The notes beneath the pieces were generated by a model. The model saw only the letters and a list, made by a program, of their open reading frames with translations, was not told where the DNA came from and made no database searches. Shown piece after piece: positions 24,583 through 37,672 of a DNA stretch of 47,533 nt. Numbering within the stretch: position 1 is the stretch's first letter; the number at the start of each line of letters is the position of its first letter. Origin of the DNA: Octopus bimaculoides (Eukaryota); assembly GCF_001194135.2 (NCBI RefSeq), contig NC_068981.1:70864922-70912454 (forward strand), written 5' to 3'. A program made the translations under genes and the position numbers.

Positions 24583-25975
24583 TTTCTAGATGTAACTTTA
24601 AACTTAGAAACCTCCTAATACTCCCCATATCACAAACCTAACCAATATCTTAAGTACTTAAACGTTAATTCCAATCACCACAAATCCACCCTTGGTAATA
24701 TAGTTAAAGGTATCTCAATTCGTATATTTGACCTCTCATCAACTGAAAAAATATTCGATAACCACACCCCATATTACGACCAAGCGCTCGTTGCCAGCGG
24801 CTTCTCCCAGCAAATAAAATATATCCCTAATACTAGGCTCAAGCAACATATATCTCAAATCCTATCACAACGACATGCCAACCACCGGAATCATAACAGA
24901 CCACACATACACTATGCTAGAACCCCGGAAGAACCTAGATTAAGACAACTTGGATCCCACACGCGCACATATAACACTAGGTCAAAAACTAAAACAGCTA
25001 ACAATAACGGACCATATTACCCCTGTCATTTCTAAAAATATAGATAACACTACCCTTAAGCAACCCCAAAAAGCGGTGGACGCTCTATTCTATGGTATGC
25101 ACCCCCTTCTCAATAAACGTTAAGAACTTAGCTAAAAACCTTTTTTAATATACTGGACTGCAACTTCCCTCGTCAACACAAATATTACTCTATTTTTAAT
25201 AGAGCTACCACGAAGCTATCCTCTCCTCCCCCGCTTAACTTGGAGTCTATCATAATTGCCTCTAAGAAAAGAAAACTTTATTATCAAAATTTACATTGTA
25301 ACAACTCTGAATATACGAGCGTCCAACATTTACATAGCTCCAATAACGAACCCTAACCTTTAGTCCACAGCAGAAACCCTATCAATCCCACAAACACTAA
25401 CCAGAATACAACTACCACAACGTCCACCACTATTACAGATAGGATAAATAGCAACAACTATAGAAATAGTAATGATAATAGTAATAATAATGTTAATAAC
25501 ATAGACTAATCTAACCCCATCTCTAACCTCTCTTCTGACAGTATTACCCCTCTCCATTCCTGAGAATAATCCCCACAATGTACTACCATGTAACTGTCGT
25601 CCTGAGACCATCTGCCCTCTACAAACCCATTGCAGAAGTTCTAATGTAATTTATAAATGCACCGTCCTCAATACGTTGCACAATTCTACAACCATATAAA
25701 GACGAACTACTTTAAATTTTAAACAACGATACGCTATACACGGTAAATCCACAACACTCGCCAGTCTCATACATCAACTCAAAAATAGAAATATTCCCTA
25801 CATCTTGTCGTGGTCAATAATAGATTCGGGGCTTCCATACTAAGGTCAATGCTCAGCCTGTAAGTTATGCCTAAAAGTGGCATTCCACATATCAAAACAC
25901 AACTCTTCAATACTACTAAATAAATATAACGAGGCCCTAGGTACATGCAGCCACCGCTTTTCCATACCCTCAAAT
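24583..25975 (+). pseudogene. PLE ORF C-terminal half, pseudogenised
   Basis: FLDVTLNLETS*YSPYHKPN..YLNVNSNH..GISIRI..SSTEKIF..YDQALVASGF (RT thumb); ILWYAPP/FSINVK..FPRQHKYYSIFNR; CNCRPETICPLQTHCRSSNVIYKCTV..FKQRY..H..STTLAS..W.II..CKLCL..LLNK..CSH (GIY-YIG-type endonuclease). Confidence 0.92.
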
Positions 25976-26379
25976 TTTTCCACAAATGTAAATGCAGCCT
26001 AAATAACCACACAGCACACCACTTAAGTAATCCCCAACAACCCTTTTTGACATTCCATTAATTTTCTAACACATCAACCACCTCTGTATAAGACCCCTCA
26101 TACAGCACATGAAATCTACATCTCCACACTTTGCATTTGTGATGACAAAATATGAACTCCTATTGGAATTTACATACCACGAACAGGAAGCGTTTCTACC
26201 ACTTCTACACGCCATTTTCCTTGGATACTGGAACTACAATTATAACATCCTACATATATTTTTATTTTCATTTCTACATCCATTCACCTATTTCCCTATA
26301 TACTTCTTATTTACTTCCTTTTCTAAAATAACTCCTCATATTGAACTCTGATATTTCCCCCTATTTAACCATCTCGCAT

Positions 26380-26429
26380 AGGCTCTGATAAAGGGATATC
26401 CCTAATATCCCAGAAACGGCTGTAAGACT
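26380..26429 (+). ncRNA. Degenerate hammerhead motif in the PLE 3' pLTR
   Basis: AGGCT-CTGATAA-A-GGGATAT-CCCTA-ATATCCC-A-GAAAC-GGCT-GTA-AGACT. G8>A change in the core; same family as 350-399. Confidence 0.65.
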
Positions 26430-26493
26430 AACTTTCACTTCATAAATATCCTGAAAATTCCACACACACTTGGTTTTGTTGTATCATTTCATT

Positions 26494-26580
<87 letters not shown>

Positions 26581-26585
<5 letters not shown>

Positions 26586-26960
26586 TTATTTATTTAGTGT
26601 TTCAGCCAAGTGGCTGCGGTCATGCTGGTGCACCACCGTGACCCTCCGTCTTTATGCTGTGCTCTCTCCACGTTCCTTGCATGGCTCTTCTCCCCCACCT
26701 GATATGGTCCAATCAAGAGTTTTGATGGCACATCTGGTGTATAAGAGAATTTGACATCGCTGCCCTAAACTGCGTCTCATTACGAGCCATTGGTTCATCT
26801 GGTATCATGGAGAGGAAAGCGTCAAGTTTTGTCTTGAAAACCTCCGCATCCATGTCTTGCACGTCTCTCAAATGTTTTGGCAGGGCATTGAAGAGCTGAG
26901 GTCCTCTGAAACCGAGGCTACTGCAGTATCTCGTTCTTATGTGAGATGCAGTGGACGGTA
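26581..26960 (-). mobile_element. CR1-type LINE 3' end (ORF2 C-terminus, 3' UTR, (TAAA)n tail)
   Basis: RYCSSLGFRGPQLFNALPKHLRD..FKTKLDAFLSMIPDEP..RAAMSNSLIHQ is a typical CR1-clade ORF2 end. Tail GGTGGTGCACCAGCATGACCGCAGCCACTTGGCTGAAACA(CTAAA..). Confidence 0.85.
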
Positions 26961-27041
26961 CATATATATATATATGAAGAGACAGATATAGGTATGCATA
27001 CATACATATACATTACATACACACAAACACGCATATATGTA

Positions 27042-27291
27042 TATTCTTTTACTTGTTTCAGTCATTTCACTGCGGGCATGCTGGAGCACCGCTTAAAAGG
27101 ATGTTAGTCGAAGAAATCGACTCATTTTTTGCAAGCCTAATACATATTCTATCCGTCTCTATTGCCGAACCGCTACATTACGGGGGGCATAAACACTCAC
27201 AAGGCTTTGATCGGCCCGAGACTATAGTAGAAGACACTGAACCTGGAACCATGTGGTAGGAAAGCAAGCTTCTTACCACACAGTCACACCT

Positions 27292-27296
<5 letters not shown>
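27042..27296 (-). mobile_element. SINE family A copy with internal deletions
   Basis: Head GCGCAGGTGTGACTGTGTGGTAAGAAGCTTGCTT..GGTTCCAGGTTCAG; tail GCGGTGCTCCAGCATGCCCGCAGTGAAATGACTGAAACAAGTAAAAGAATA. Confidence 0.88.
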
Positions 27297-27363
<67 letters not shown>

Positions 27364-28525
27364 AAGCATGATTACATACATGTAGCCAAACATACATGTA
27401 TACTTAGAAACATATAGTATGTATATGTAAAATTATAAACATCGCGACCACAACCAACAGGTTGAAAAATCTACAATAAAATGAAAGTATTTATATGTAC
27501 GTATGTGATTAACGGAGTATGTACGTACGTTTGTGTATATGCACGGATCAGTTTGAATGTACCTTTATGAAGGAGAAATATAGTTTTCTATAAATGTGTT
27601 TAAATTTTGGATGTTAATATACGTTCTATACCTAGTATTATAATTAAGCTTTCTTAGCATAAACTATTTAATTCTTGCAATTTTTAATGCAAACCAAATA
27701 TTAATTGTGTTATTTCCCTTGGAAATGCTTTACCGTATAGTAAGGCTGTGCACAATAGATTCATAAAGTTACTTCCCTTTAATGCGAGAAAATCTTCAAA
27801 GAAATTCTGAATATTATTACGTCTATTTTTAGGTATTATTATATCATAAGACAATGATTTAAACCGTTAATCATTTCATTAGCATGCATTTGGGCACATT
27901 CTCTTACAATTGAATATAACATTATACGTTTCTTTAAATAGTCGGACGTAAGAGGGGGTAAAAGAGAACAATGATGCTGAAAGCACTTCAGAACAGATTT
28001 GAAACAACAACAAAAAAAAAATTAAGAAAGAAAAAGAAATTTTCGGCCAATGAAGATCTAAATATTATATGAACACTACATAGCATCACCTACGTTTAAA
28101 AAGAATTGATAGAAAAGAAGTTCCTACCATAATGTGTCACAAACCCGTGGTAACATTTTTGTATTCGTAAGAGCTTGGTCTCAGTTATTTTAAAGTGCAA
28201 AATCCTTACACACTGCTTATTTTAGTTACCTTGAAGTCAGTTACATTCTTGTTCTAAATACATGGGTTGTCATTGTTTTTATTCAGCTCTAAGCATATCG
28301 CATGTTTTAAAATAGTTCAGGATTGTGACTGGAGGCCATGTTCAATAATAGCTAGTGTATGCCCTATGATATCTATAGAAAGTGTGTGTACATGTTTGTG
28401 AATGCGTATGTGTGTGTATCTACGTATATTTATGAGTGTATGCATGCATGTGTATCTGCATGTATGTGTATGTGTGTATGAGGTATGAGTGTGTGTGTGT
28501 GTGTGTGTGTGTGANNNNNNNNNNT

Positions 28526-28604
<79 letters not shown>

Positions 28605-28810
28605 TGAGAGAGTGTGTGAGAGCGTGTGTGTGAGTGTATGTGTGTGAGTCCGTATGAGTATCAAGTGTTAGAATGTCTGATACAATAATTTGCAGCATTC
28701 GTTCCGGCACTTTGCGGTCTCATATCAGAGCCTGCTGATGTCGATAAAGTGCAGCACTAAGTCAAGTTTCCTCTCCTCTATCCCCTCTCTTTCTCTCCGT
28801 CGCTCTCACA

Positions 28811-28847
<37 letters not shown>

Positions 28848-29734
28848 GTAATTCAAAGATCTAGCTTGTGACATTCCCGATTAATCGACCAAACGATGGC
28901 ATTGAAAATACATATATGCCTGTGTCTGTGTATTGTTCACACTGCAATTACACGAATAAGAATTCAGTTTGCCGGTCAATTGAAAGGACAACGTCCTGTT
29001 CGGTGAACAACTGGACATATAAACGTGCGCAAGCATGTGTGTGTGTATGTGTGTACGCGTACGCGTGTATATGACCAGGTGCACGTGTATATATGTTTAT
29101 AAATACGTATTTCGTCTGTGTGTATTTTGGTGTATACGTGTCTGTTTCTCTGTGTGTGTGTGTGTGTGTGTGTGTATGATTGTGTGGGGGGTGTCTCCAT
29201 ATATATACATACGAGCATACACACAGCATGCACATATATACATATACACACAGCATGCATATATACACATATACATTTGTATATAAATTTATATACATAT
29301 ATATATATATATATACATTACAGTTAAGGAACTTAAGAGCGTTATCATGCCTCAGNNNNNNNNNNNNNNNNNNNNNNNNNNNNNNNNNNNNNNNNNNNNN
29401 NNNNNNNNNNNNNNNNNNNNNNNNNNNNNNNNNNNNNNNNNNNNNNNNNNNNNNNNNNNNNNNNNNNNNNNNNNNNNNNNNNNNNNNNNNNNNNNNNNNN
29501 NNNNNNNNNNNNNNNNNNNNNNNNNNNNNNNNNNNNNNNNNNNNNNNNNNNNNNNNNNNNNNNNNNNNNNNNNNNNNNNNNNNNNNNNNNNNNNNNNNNN
29601 NNNNNNNNNNNNNNNNNNNNNNNNNNNNNNNNNNNNNNNNNNNNNNNNNNNNNNNNNNNNNNNNNNNNNNNNNNNNNNNNNNNNNNNNNNNNNNNNNNNN
29701 NNNNNNNNNNNNNNNNNNNNNNNNNNNNNATATG

Positions 29735-29770
<36 letters not shown>

Positions 29771-29980
29771 TACAGTTAAGGAACTTAAGAGCGTTATCAT
29801 GCCTCAGGCCCAAGCTCCATTCTTAGAACTCAAGAGTTACCATCGTAAAAGCCTGACGAAAGAAAGTTTAAATAAGTTGATAAGTTCACTATGACACATA
29901 CCGGGAGCTCCTGATCGTGAACCAACTGTCAATTTATTGTATTATGTATTTATTTATGTATTTATCTATTCATTTATGTT

Positions 29981-29982
<2 letters not shown>

Positions 29983-30065
<83 letters not shown>
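29983..30065. repeat. (GATA)n tetranucleotide microsatellite
   Basis: Direct reading. Similar GATA/TATC arrays at ~28812-28847, 34350-34402 and 46325-46475. Confidence 0.95.
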
Positions 30066-30066
<1 letters not shown>

Positions 30067-31679
30067 TAGACTTGTGTGTGTGTGTGTGTCGTTTATCTTT
30101 TATAATTCTGTCAATGTACGAGGTCTGTGATGGGGTACCGGCTTGAAAGATGTAATTGAATAAATCGACGCTAACACTAATTTTCCTTATGGTATCATAA
30201 ACAAACCAACACTGGATGCAAACTCTTTAACCATACAGCCACATCCATGCGATAGCCAAATCTCAAGTATATCATGAAATTCAAAAGAGTGACTGAAATA
30301 TATTAGAAGCAAGAAATAAGCAACTGTTTACACGTATGCTGCTGGGGGAAAAAACTGACCTTTTTGCGAGAAAAGTTGATACAAGAGGAGAAAACAGCTG
30401 GTGGTTTGCTGGGAGTCTTTTTTTTTAATTCTTCCATAAGAATAAGAAAGCCATTTGCATATTCGTATACAAATGAATGAGGATGCACAATCTTGCCGAA
30501 GTATGGTGTCTGATAGTCCGCTAACGTCGCTTAGATTTTAAACACAATCTTTATAACTGGGCAAGACAGAGCGCCATTTATTTTCAAGTGTACGGAATCG
30601 TATTAAATATAAATCAACACATATACATACACACAGATATACACGCGTTTGTGTGGATGTGAATGCGTGTTTGTGTTTGTGTGGGTGGATGTGATTTGGT
30701 AGAATAGCTAGAGCATCGGTTAAAAAGCCTTGCAATTTTTGTTCTGACACCTTGAGATTAAATTGACCACCCGTCAATTTTCCATTCTATCATTTCATCG
30801 GTGACAAATAAAATACTACTCCCCGAATGGAACCAGTTGTATTTTCCGCTTCTCACGTTGATCCTCTCTCTCTCTCTCTCTCTCATCATAACAGCCGGCA
30901 CGCTACCTAACTTCTGGCCAAAACTACAGCTACTATCATCAATATAAACAGAAATATAGAACGATTATTATTCATTGATTTTCAATCTTTTAATTGTAGT
31001 TTGTTAATTTACCACATCACTTATTAGATCATTAGATCAGTTCCATGTTATTATTTGCTTCTTTAATGCAAAGATTAAGATATCTGACCTGTTAATACAA
31101 GCTTTACTACGGTGCATGACTTACCAGATTATTTTTAAGTTGTTGCTTCGTTGTATTTCAACTTCCAGATATAAATGGAGAGGGCCTTCTTTTTCGCATA
31201 TTTCTACACTGTCAAAGTAATCTACGTTTATATGAAAGACGTCTTTAATAGTATTCTTAACATGGATAGATTATTTATCTAAGACAATGCATTTCTTGCG
31301 ATCTTGGTTATTTATTTATTGTTGTAGTTGAGTATTTCCCAGCAAATTTTACATGGCTGATAAAGAGGGATTTTCTGTTGGTGTGATTTAGTACAACAAT
31401 GCCGAATTCAGAAACCATAGTTTATTTTGTTGTTAAGCTTATTTAACCAACTTACTAAAACACCATGTTTCTATTGACGAAGATGAGTAGGTATTTATAT
31501 ATTTATATATGTACTAAATCGCCCAATTTCTCTACGTTTATTTATCTACATTTTGGGTTAAGAATCAAACTGTATTTACGATCTGTTATGATGCTGTAAT
31601 CTTCACGCTTAGCTAAACATTCTACCCGGTTATCTAGCTTTAATCTGGCAGCTCTGTTCTCAGATTCGGCTTTGATACC

Positions 31680-31714
<35 letters not shown>

Positions 31715-31724
31715 NNNNNNNNNN

Positions 31725-31756
<32 letters not shown>

Positions 31757-32094
31757 AAGGAATATAAATACTTTACTAGATGCATTGGTATTTTTAATGT
31801 CTAAGTCCGGTTTACGATAAAGAATATACATTTGAATGGATGCTTACAACAAGTTACCATTGTTCTAACCCAAAGGTATTGATTAACTGTCATTTGAGAA
31901 AAAATTTACCTCATGAATATTTTCACCGGCATAGTAGTCATAATATCCACATATTTTGTTTTAATAAGTATATTTACTCTACATATGGTATCAATTATTC
32001 TATGCTTATTATGTGAAACCAATTACATATGGACACGTGTCTGTATATGTATGGAGACACTTTCATACATATTCTATGCCTGTGAAAACAATCA

Positions 32095-32445
32095 TCAAGT
32101 CTGTAGTGTAAGAAATTTGCTTCCCAAAGACATGCTTCTGGGTTCAGTCCCATTGCATTGTAACTAAGGCGGTGTCTTCTACTATAGCCTATAGCCGACC
32201 AAAGTCTTGTGAGTGACTTCGGCAGGCGGAAGTTGAAACAACCAGGTTTGTGTGTGTGTGTGTGTGTGCGTGCGTGCGTGCGTGAGTGCGTGCGTGCGTG
32301 TGCGTGCGTGTGTGTGTGTGCTTGTCTCCCATCCCCGCTTGATGACCGTAGTTGTTTTGTTTACGTATCTTAGCGGTCCCTGAAAGAAACCGATAGAATA
32401 AGCACCAGTCGATTCCTTCGATTAAAATCACATGGCCGCAGTGCT
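32095..32445 (+). mobile_element. SINE family A copy
   Basis: B box GGGTTCAGTCCC; GTGTCTTCTACTATAGCC..CCGACCAAAGTCTTGTGAGTGA; internal (TG/TGCG)n; ACCGATAGAATAAG..CATGGCCGCAG. Confidence 0.82.
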
Positions 32446-32988
32446 TTGGTTTTTTTGTTTTTTTTAATATTGAATATTTAATAATTTAATTTAACTGTTG
32501 TAAGTTTATATACTCAAAACTCATTTCAAAAAAATGTGGGGATGGGCATAATGGAATGTTTTTGATTATAAACCTCCTTGGTCAAATCCAACTTGCTATT
32601 AAGAAAGAGCGACAACATTACCGATAAATTTCAGAGATAAGCACAATGTTTAACAAAATATTTATACACATCAATGTATCATACTGAAAATAATCAACAA
32701 AATTACGTTTAGAGTTAAAACCTTCAGCCTTAGAATGAACAGACTCTCAGTTGTCACATGATCTACGAGCAGGCTGCTCGTAACCGACGGAGTGCTTGTT
32801 TCTTTGTCTTTTTTTTTTCATTCATACTGGCACGCAATCACACAACCTTATACACGTGTTCATACAAGCCCACCTGTCTATGACACAAACACAGACATAT
32901 CTACCCCAAATTCCAACATTCGATCATATATTCTTTTATTCTTATATTTGTTTCAGTCGGTTGACGGTGGCCATGCTGGAGCATCGAC

Positions 32989-33062
<74 letters not shown>

Positions 33063-33555
33063 TGTGTGTGTGTGTACCGTACTTTGCCGTTAAATAGCCT
33101 TTCAACATAGATTTGCTTTATCAAGATTGGCGTATAAACTAAAATACAACATATCAACAGCTTTAAGTTGCGTTTTGCAATATTCTTTCATTATGCAAGA
33201 ACATTTTTGTCGAGAACTACTGATTTCTTTTGTAGATACGTATTTGGAGAAAGAAAGTGGATTTTGCAATGTTGTATAATTTTATGAAGAGCAAACTTTT
33301 CAGTTCATTGTCTTCAAATGCAGGTCGAAAAAATTATGTCAACTCTGCAGAGGATAATTATTGCTAGTTTGATAGAATTGAAGGCCGGTACTGCGTACTT
33401 TAATTTCAATTGATAAATACTAATTCCCTTGACACAAGAAGAAGAAATATTTGGCCTGGCATGTATAAGCATTTAGGTGTCACAATGATGAATTACTAAG
33501 TGCAAACGCTGATAATACTTACACAAATATAAATTTACGTTAGACAAATATTATT

Positions 33556-33603
<48 letters not shown>

Positions 33604-34073
33604 ATGGTAAAGTTGATTGCTACATAAAAGTCACGAAGCAGCGTAAAGGTTATCCGTAACTACGTGGCGTTATATGGTCCAATAAAGTTTATTGCTTTCT
33701 TTTAAGAAAAGTTAAGCAATTGTTGCAATTCCAATCCAATAACCGAAACTGTTTGCCATGTGCAGTGAATGGCTGCAGTGAATCTATAGGATGTTATAAA
33801 AATATTTACTAACATCACTATGATTTAAGGACCAACTTATTACCCTGTGTTAGATAACAAAATTTTAATTCTTATCCACTCCAATATTGCATTGGATGAA
33901 CAGAATTACAATTTTCCTAATCTAAATTAACTAGGAGCTGAATAATTTTATTCAATGAAATAATGTTCATGGGAATTCACCAATAATTTTCTAAAGTTTG
34001 TTTGGAGCAATAATTTCATATGCGTTCAAGTTGTGTCTTGATAATTAGCATTTAAGATTTGTCTATATATATA

Positions 34074-34285
34074 TGAAGGGGTGCTGAAAAGTCTCTGGCT
34101 TTGGGTAAAAGAAAATGCAGGACGATCAGTTAATTATGATTTTATTCAACATATTCTTCAGATACACGCACTTACTGCAGCGGTCCATCAGTTTTTCTAA
34201 ACATTTTAAAAGAACTCGGAACGTTTAGCTTGTAACCAGGCCTTTCGCGATACTCTTAAAGCCAGGAACTTTTCAGCACCCCTCG
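34074..34285. mobile_element. Tc1/mariner-type MITE (212 bp)
   Basis: TIRs TGAAGGGGTGCTGAAAAGTCTCTGGCTTT / AAAGCCAGGAACTTTTCAGCACCCCTCG flanked by TA on both sides; no coding capacity. Confidence 0.88.
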
Positions 34286-34349
34286 TATATATGTGTGTGT
34301 ATGTGCGTGTATATGAGTGTATTATATATGTGTATGTATGTGCAAATAC

Positions 34350-34401
<52 letters not shown>

Positions 34402-34424
<23 letters not shown>

Positions 34425-34560
34425 TCTTTATTAGCCATAAAGGGCTAAACACAGAGGGACAAATACAACGTAGAGCTTTTCTTTTCGAAAGAAAATAAGA
34501 GGAAAATAGAAAACGAAAGAAGAAAAAATTCCGATCAAAAGGGATCGTGTATCACAGAAC
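34402..34560 (-). mobile_element. L1/Tx1-type LINE 3' tail next to (GATA)n
   Basis: Minus GTTGTATTTGTCCCTCTGTGTTTAGCCCTTTATGGCTAATAAAGA resembles the 3' UTR end at 22020-22070. Confidence 0.5.
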
Positions 34561-34615
34561 AGAGTAAAAATAAAATGAACCAAGCATCTTTTATATTTTT
34601 TTCTTCTCCATTTTC

Positions 34616-35220
34616 TGGATACTCAGAACTTTTCGATCTAGAGACGCTCCTACCATTATCGTTCTTTTTTCCACTTTACCTGTCCTCACCTTGGATACTG
34701 TTGTCCGCTGTGGTCACCCTCCATGAAACAAAATATTATAAAAATTGAAGCACTGAAGAAATCAACCACAAAAAAATAGAGGACATTGGGGTCGTCTCAA
34801 GAAACTCAAACGCTTCCCCTCCAAAGCCGCCGTGAGTGCTATATCATTTATATTCCAACAGCACCGTCTAAGCGATGTTGGCATCAACTTTAAAATTCAC
34901 CCAAGGCATGGTTCCCGTGTCATCTGTCCTCTACAAAACTCAAGTACGCGTCACATAACAATACTAAGACAGAACTATACTATTTCACCTAAACTGACCC
35001 TGCGCTCTTTTACATGATACAAACACACATAAGAGAAGAAACATATCTAACATTCAAACGGGTTCTGGACGAATATTTCCAACAAATTCCAGATAAAACA
35101 CCCCTGATCCAGTCTGTAAGAGATGAAATATAATCACGCATTAGGACATGCCTTACATTCCGATGAAATGGCCCGAGACAGTCACCACAGCCAGAGTCTT
35201 CCAACGTTTGTGTTAACACG
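34616..35220 (+). mobile_element. Decayed CR1-type LINE ORF2 C-terminus and 3' UTR (second family)
   Basis: WILRTFRSRD..PHLGYCCPLWSP..KIEAL..KKIE..WGRLKKLK../LQSRRECYII..PRHG../PALF..IRE..FKRVLDEYFQQIPDKTP matches the CR1 motifs LEYCxxxWSP, SLQRRRERY and FKxxLDxxLxxIPD. Confidence 0.85.
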
Positions 35221-35291
35221 AATGTGTTAAATATAATGTCATAGTTATATGTGAATCGTATGTGTAAGATTACCCACGCGCACGCACACAC

Positions 35292-35334
<43 letters not shown>

Positions 35335-36683
35335 GTATTAACAGTAACTGCACGATAAAGTGTAGTATATTGCCACTTAAGTGTGGCTGACCCCTAGGGG
35401 TGGATGTTNNNNNNNNNNNNNNNNNNNNNNNNNNNNNNNNNNNNNNNNNNNNNNNNNNNNNNNNNNNNNNNNNNNNNNNNNNNNNNNNNNNNNNNNNNNN
35501 NNNNNNNNNNNNNNNNNNNNNNNNNNNNNNNNNNNNNNNNNNNNNNNNNNNNNNNNNNNNNNNNNNNNNNNNNNNNNNNNNNNNNNNNNNNNNNNNNNNN
35601 NNNNNNNNNNNNNNNNNNNNNNNNNNNNNNNNNNNNNNNNNNNNNNNNNNNNNNNNNNNNNNNNNNNNNNNNNNNNNNNNNNNNNNNNNNNNNNNNNNNN
35701 NNNNNNNNNNNNNNNNNNNNNNNNNNNNNNNNNNNNNNNNNNNNNNNNNNNNNNNNNNNNNNNNNNNNNNNNNNNNNNNNNNNNNNNNNNNNNNNNNNNN
35801 NNNNNNNNNNNNNNNNNNNNNNNNNNNNNNNNNNNNNNNNNNNNNNNNNNNNNNNNNNNNNNNNNNNNNNNNNNNNNNNNNNNNNNNNNNNNNNNNNNNN
35901 NNNNNNNNNNNNNNNNNNNNNNNNNNNNNNNNNNNNNNNNNNNNNNNNNNNNNNNNNNNNNNNNNNNNNNNNNNTTAAGTACTTTCTACAGCTACGGAAA
36001 TTACAGACTGACGAAGTCTGTCCTCTGCAAAACCTTAAAGTCACAGTCGATCGTTAACTTGTAAAAATGGGATCTTTTTGGTTTGACGGGCAACACTTGT
36101 TTTCTTAAAGAAACACTTTCAAACTTGGGACACTGGTAGAATGTGTCATATAACAGCGCAAAAGAGCAAAGTTTGGCGAAGGTGAAATGAGTTTTAAGCA
36201 TATAAACTTACGGACATCACATAGTCTTTAGAAAGAAAAAGAGAAGCCGAGAAGAGTAACGTAAAGAGGAATAGTGAATATATAAAAATTTATAGTGCAA
36301 AATTTTAAAACTTAAACAGATGAAAAGTTAAAAGATAAAGAGGAGGACGCAGGAGGAGTGTGAAGAATTAGAAACCAGATCGATTGTTGTTCTAAAGGAG
36401 ATATTCAGGAAGAGAGGAAGAGGCAGATGTATAGATTCCTGATTTAGAGTGTTTTGGTGTCGGAAAGCGAGCATGAGGAGAAAAGGTGGAGACGTTTATG
36501 TTGGTAAAGTGTACATATGTGTATACATAGATGTAAGTATGGAAGTATGCTGACGTCCGTTGGTGGAAGTGTGGCAGGTTGTCGCTCTGTGTGCGTGTGT
36601 GGGAAATGTAATAGATAGGTAGGTGTTTTTAAACACGTGCATGTGGCTGTGTGATCGCATGTCTCCGTGTATAAAGAAAATCT

Positions 36684-37008
36684 GGCACTCTGTCGGTTAC
36701 GACGACGGGGGTTCCATTTGATTCGATCAACGGAACAGCATGCTCGTGAAATTAAAGTACAAGTGACTGAGCACTCCAAAGACACACGTACCCTTAACGC
36801 GTAACCCTCAGGGCGATTCACCGTAACACAGAATGTGACAAGGCTGGCCCCTTTGAAATACAGGTTCTACTCATTTTCCCCAGCTGATTGAACTGGAGCA
36901 ACGTTAAATAAAGTGTCTTGCTCGGGACACCACGCACCGCCAGGTATCGAACTCAACTTCTTAAGATTGTGAACCTAATAAACTAACCACTAAGCCACTC
37001 GCCTTCAC
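36684..37008 (-). mobile_element. SINE family C, full length (tRNA head, CORE-like block)
   Basis: Minus: GTGAAGGCGAGTGGCTTAGTGGTTAG (A box), GAGTTCGATACC (B box), GTGTCCCGAGCAAGACACTTTATT, and 3' end GTCGTCGTAACCGACAGAGTGCC. Confidence 0.9.
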
Positions 37009-37635
37009 TGTTGTCTGTATGAGTCAAGGTATCGTGGAAGCGCTGTAGTGTGATGTGTGTAATGCAGTCAAGCACTGGTGATAAAGAAGGATGAGTGGGT
37101 GATTCAAATGTAGTAATCAGCATGACCACAGTGAATATGTCTCTGAAATTGCCAGTGTGAATGTGTGTGTGTGTGTGTGTGTGTGTGGGTGTGTGTGTGT
37201 TTGCATGTGAGTGTCATCGTGCCGTGCGCGTGTGCGGCGAAAGTAACAAATTAGTAGATGAAGAGCGTATGCGCGTATAACTCAAGGGAGGCTTGAACGA
37301 AACAGATATGGCGTGGCTCGGGAGAAGAGAGAGGGGAGAGAAAAAGGTAAAAGTATGTAATTCTAAAGTAAGCAGTGAGGGATACAAAAATGAGATTAGG
37401 TGTCTAAGTGTTTGAGATAAGATGAGCTTCTGATTTCTCTGGAAATAAGTGTCGTGCCAATAGACTGATAGGTGTTACATGCAGTGATCATTGTGATGGA
37501 AGTATCGAGTGAAAGGTGACCAGGAGCCAAGTTAGATGCCTCTGACATAGTCCACAAATCTGTCGTGCCTAGTTGTTGACCGCGAACTTTAGTTCAAATA
37601 AATTGAATCACAAAAGAAACACTGGGGCACTTATA

Positions 37636-37672
<37 letters not shown>

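Larger units (their letters stand above)
24583..26495 (+). mobile_element. 5'-truncated Penelope-like retroelement (RT thumb, linker, GIY-YIG, pLTR with HHR)
   Basis: Protein motifs as in the next feature, followed by a ~500-bp pyrimidine-rich 3' region with an HHR relic and then (CA)n(TA)n. Confidence 0.92.

Noticed and set aside
25589-26160. Selenocysteine recoding or SECIS, recalled for some PLE clades
   Set aside because: The conserved Cys codons are TGT/TGC, not TGA, and I could not build a convincing SECIS fold in the 3' region.
33230-33370. Candidate plus-strand exon after TTTTGTAG (43 open codons)
   Set aside because: No good donor site and no recognisable homology.
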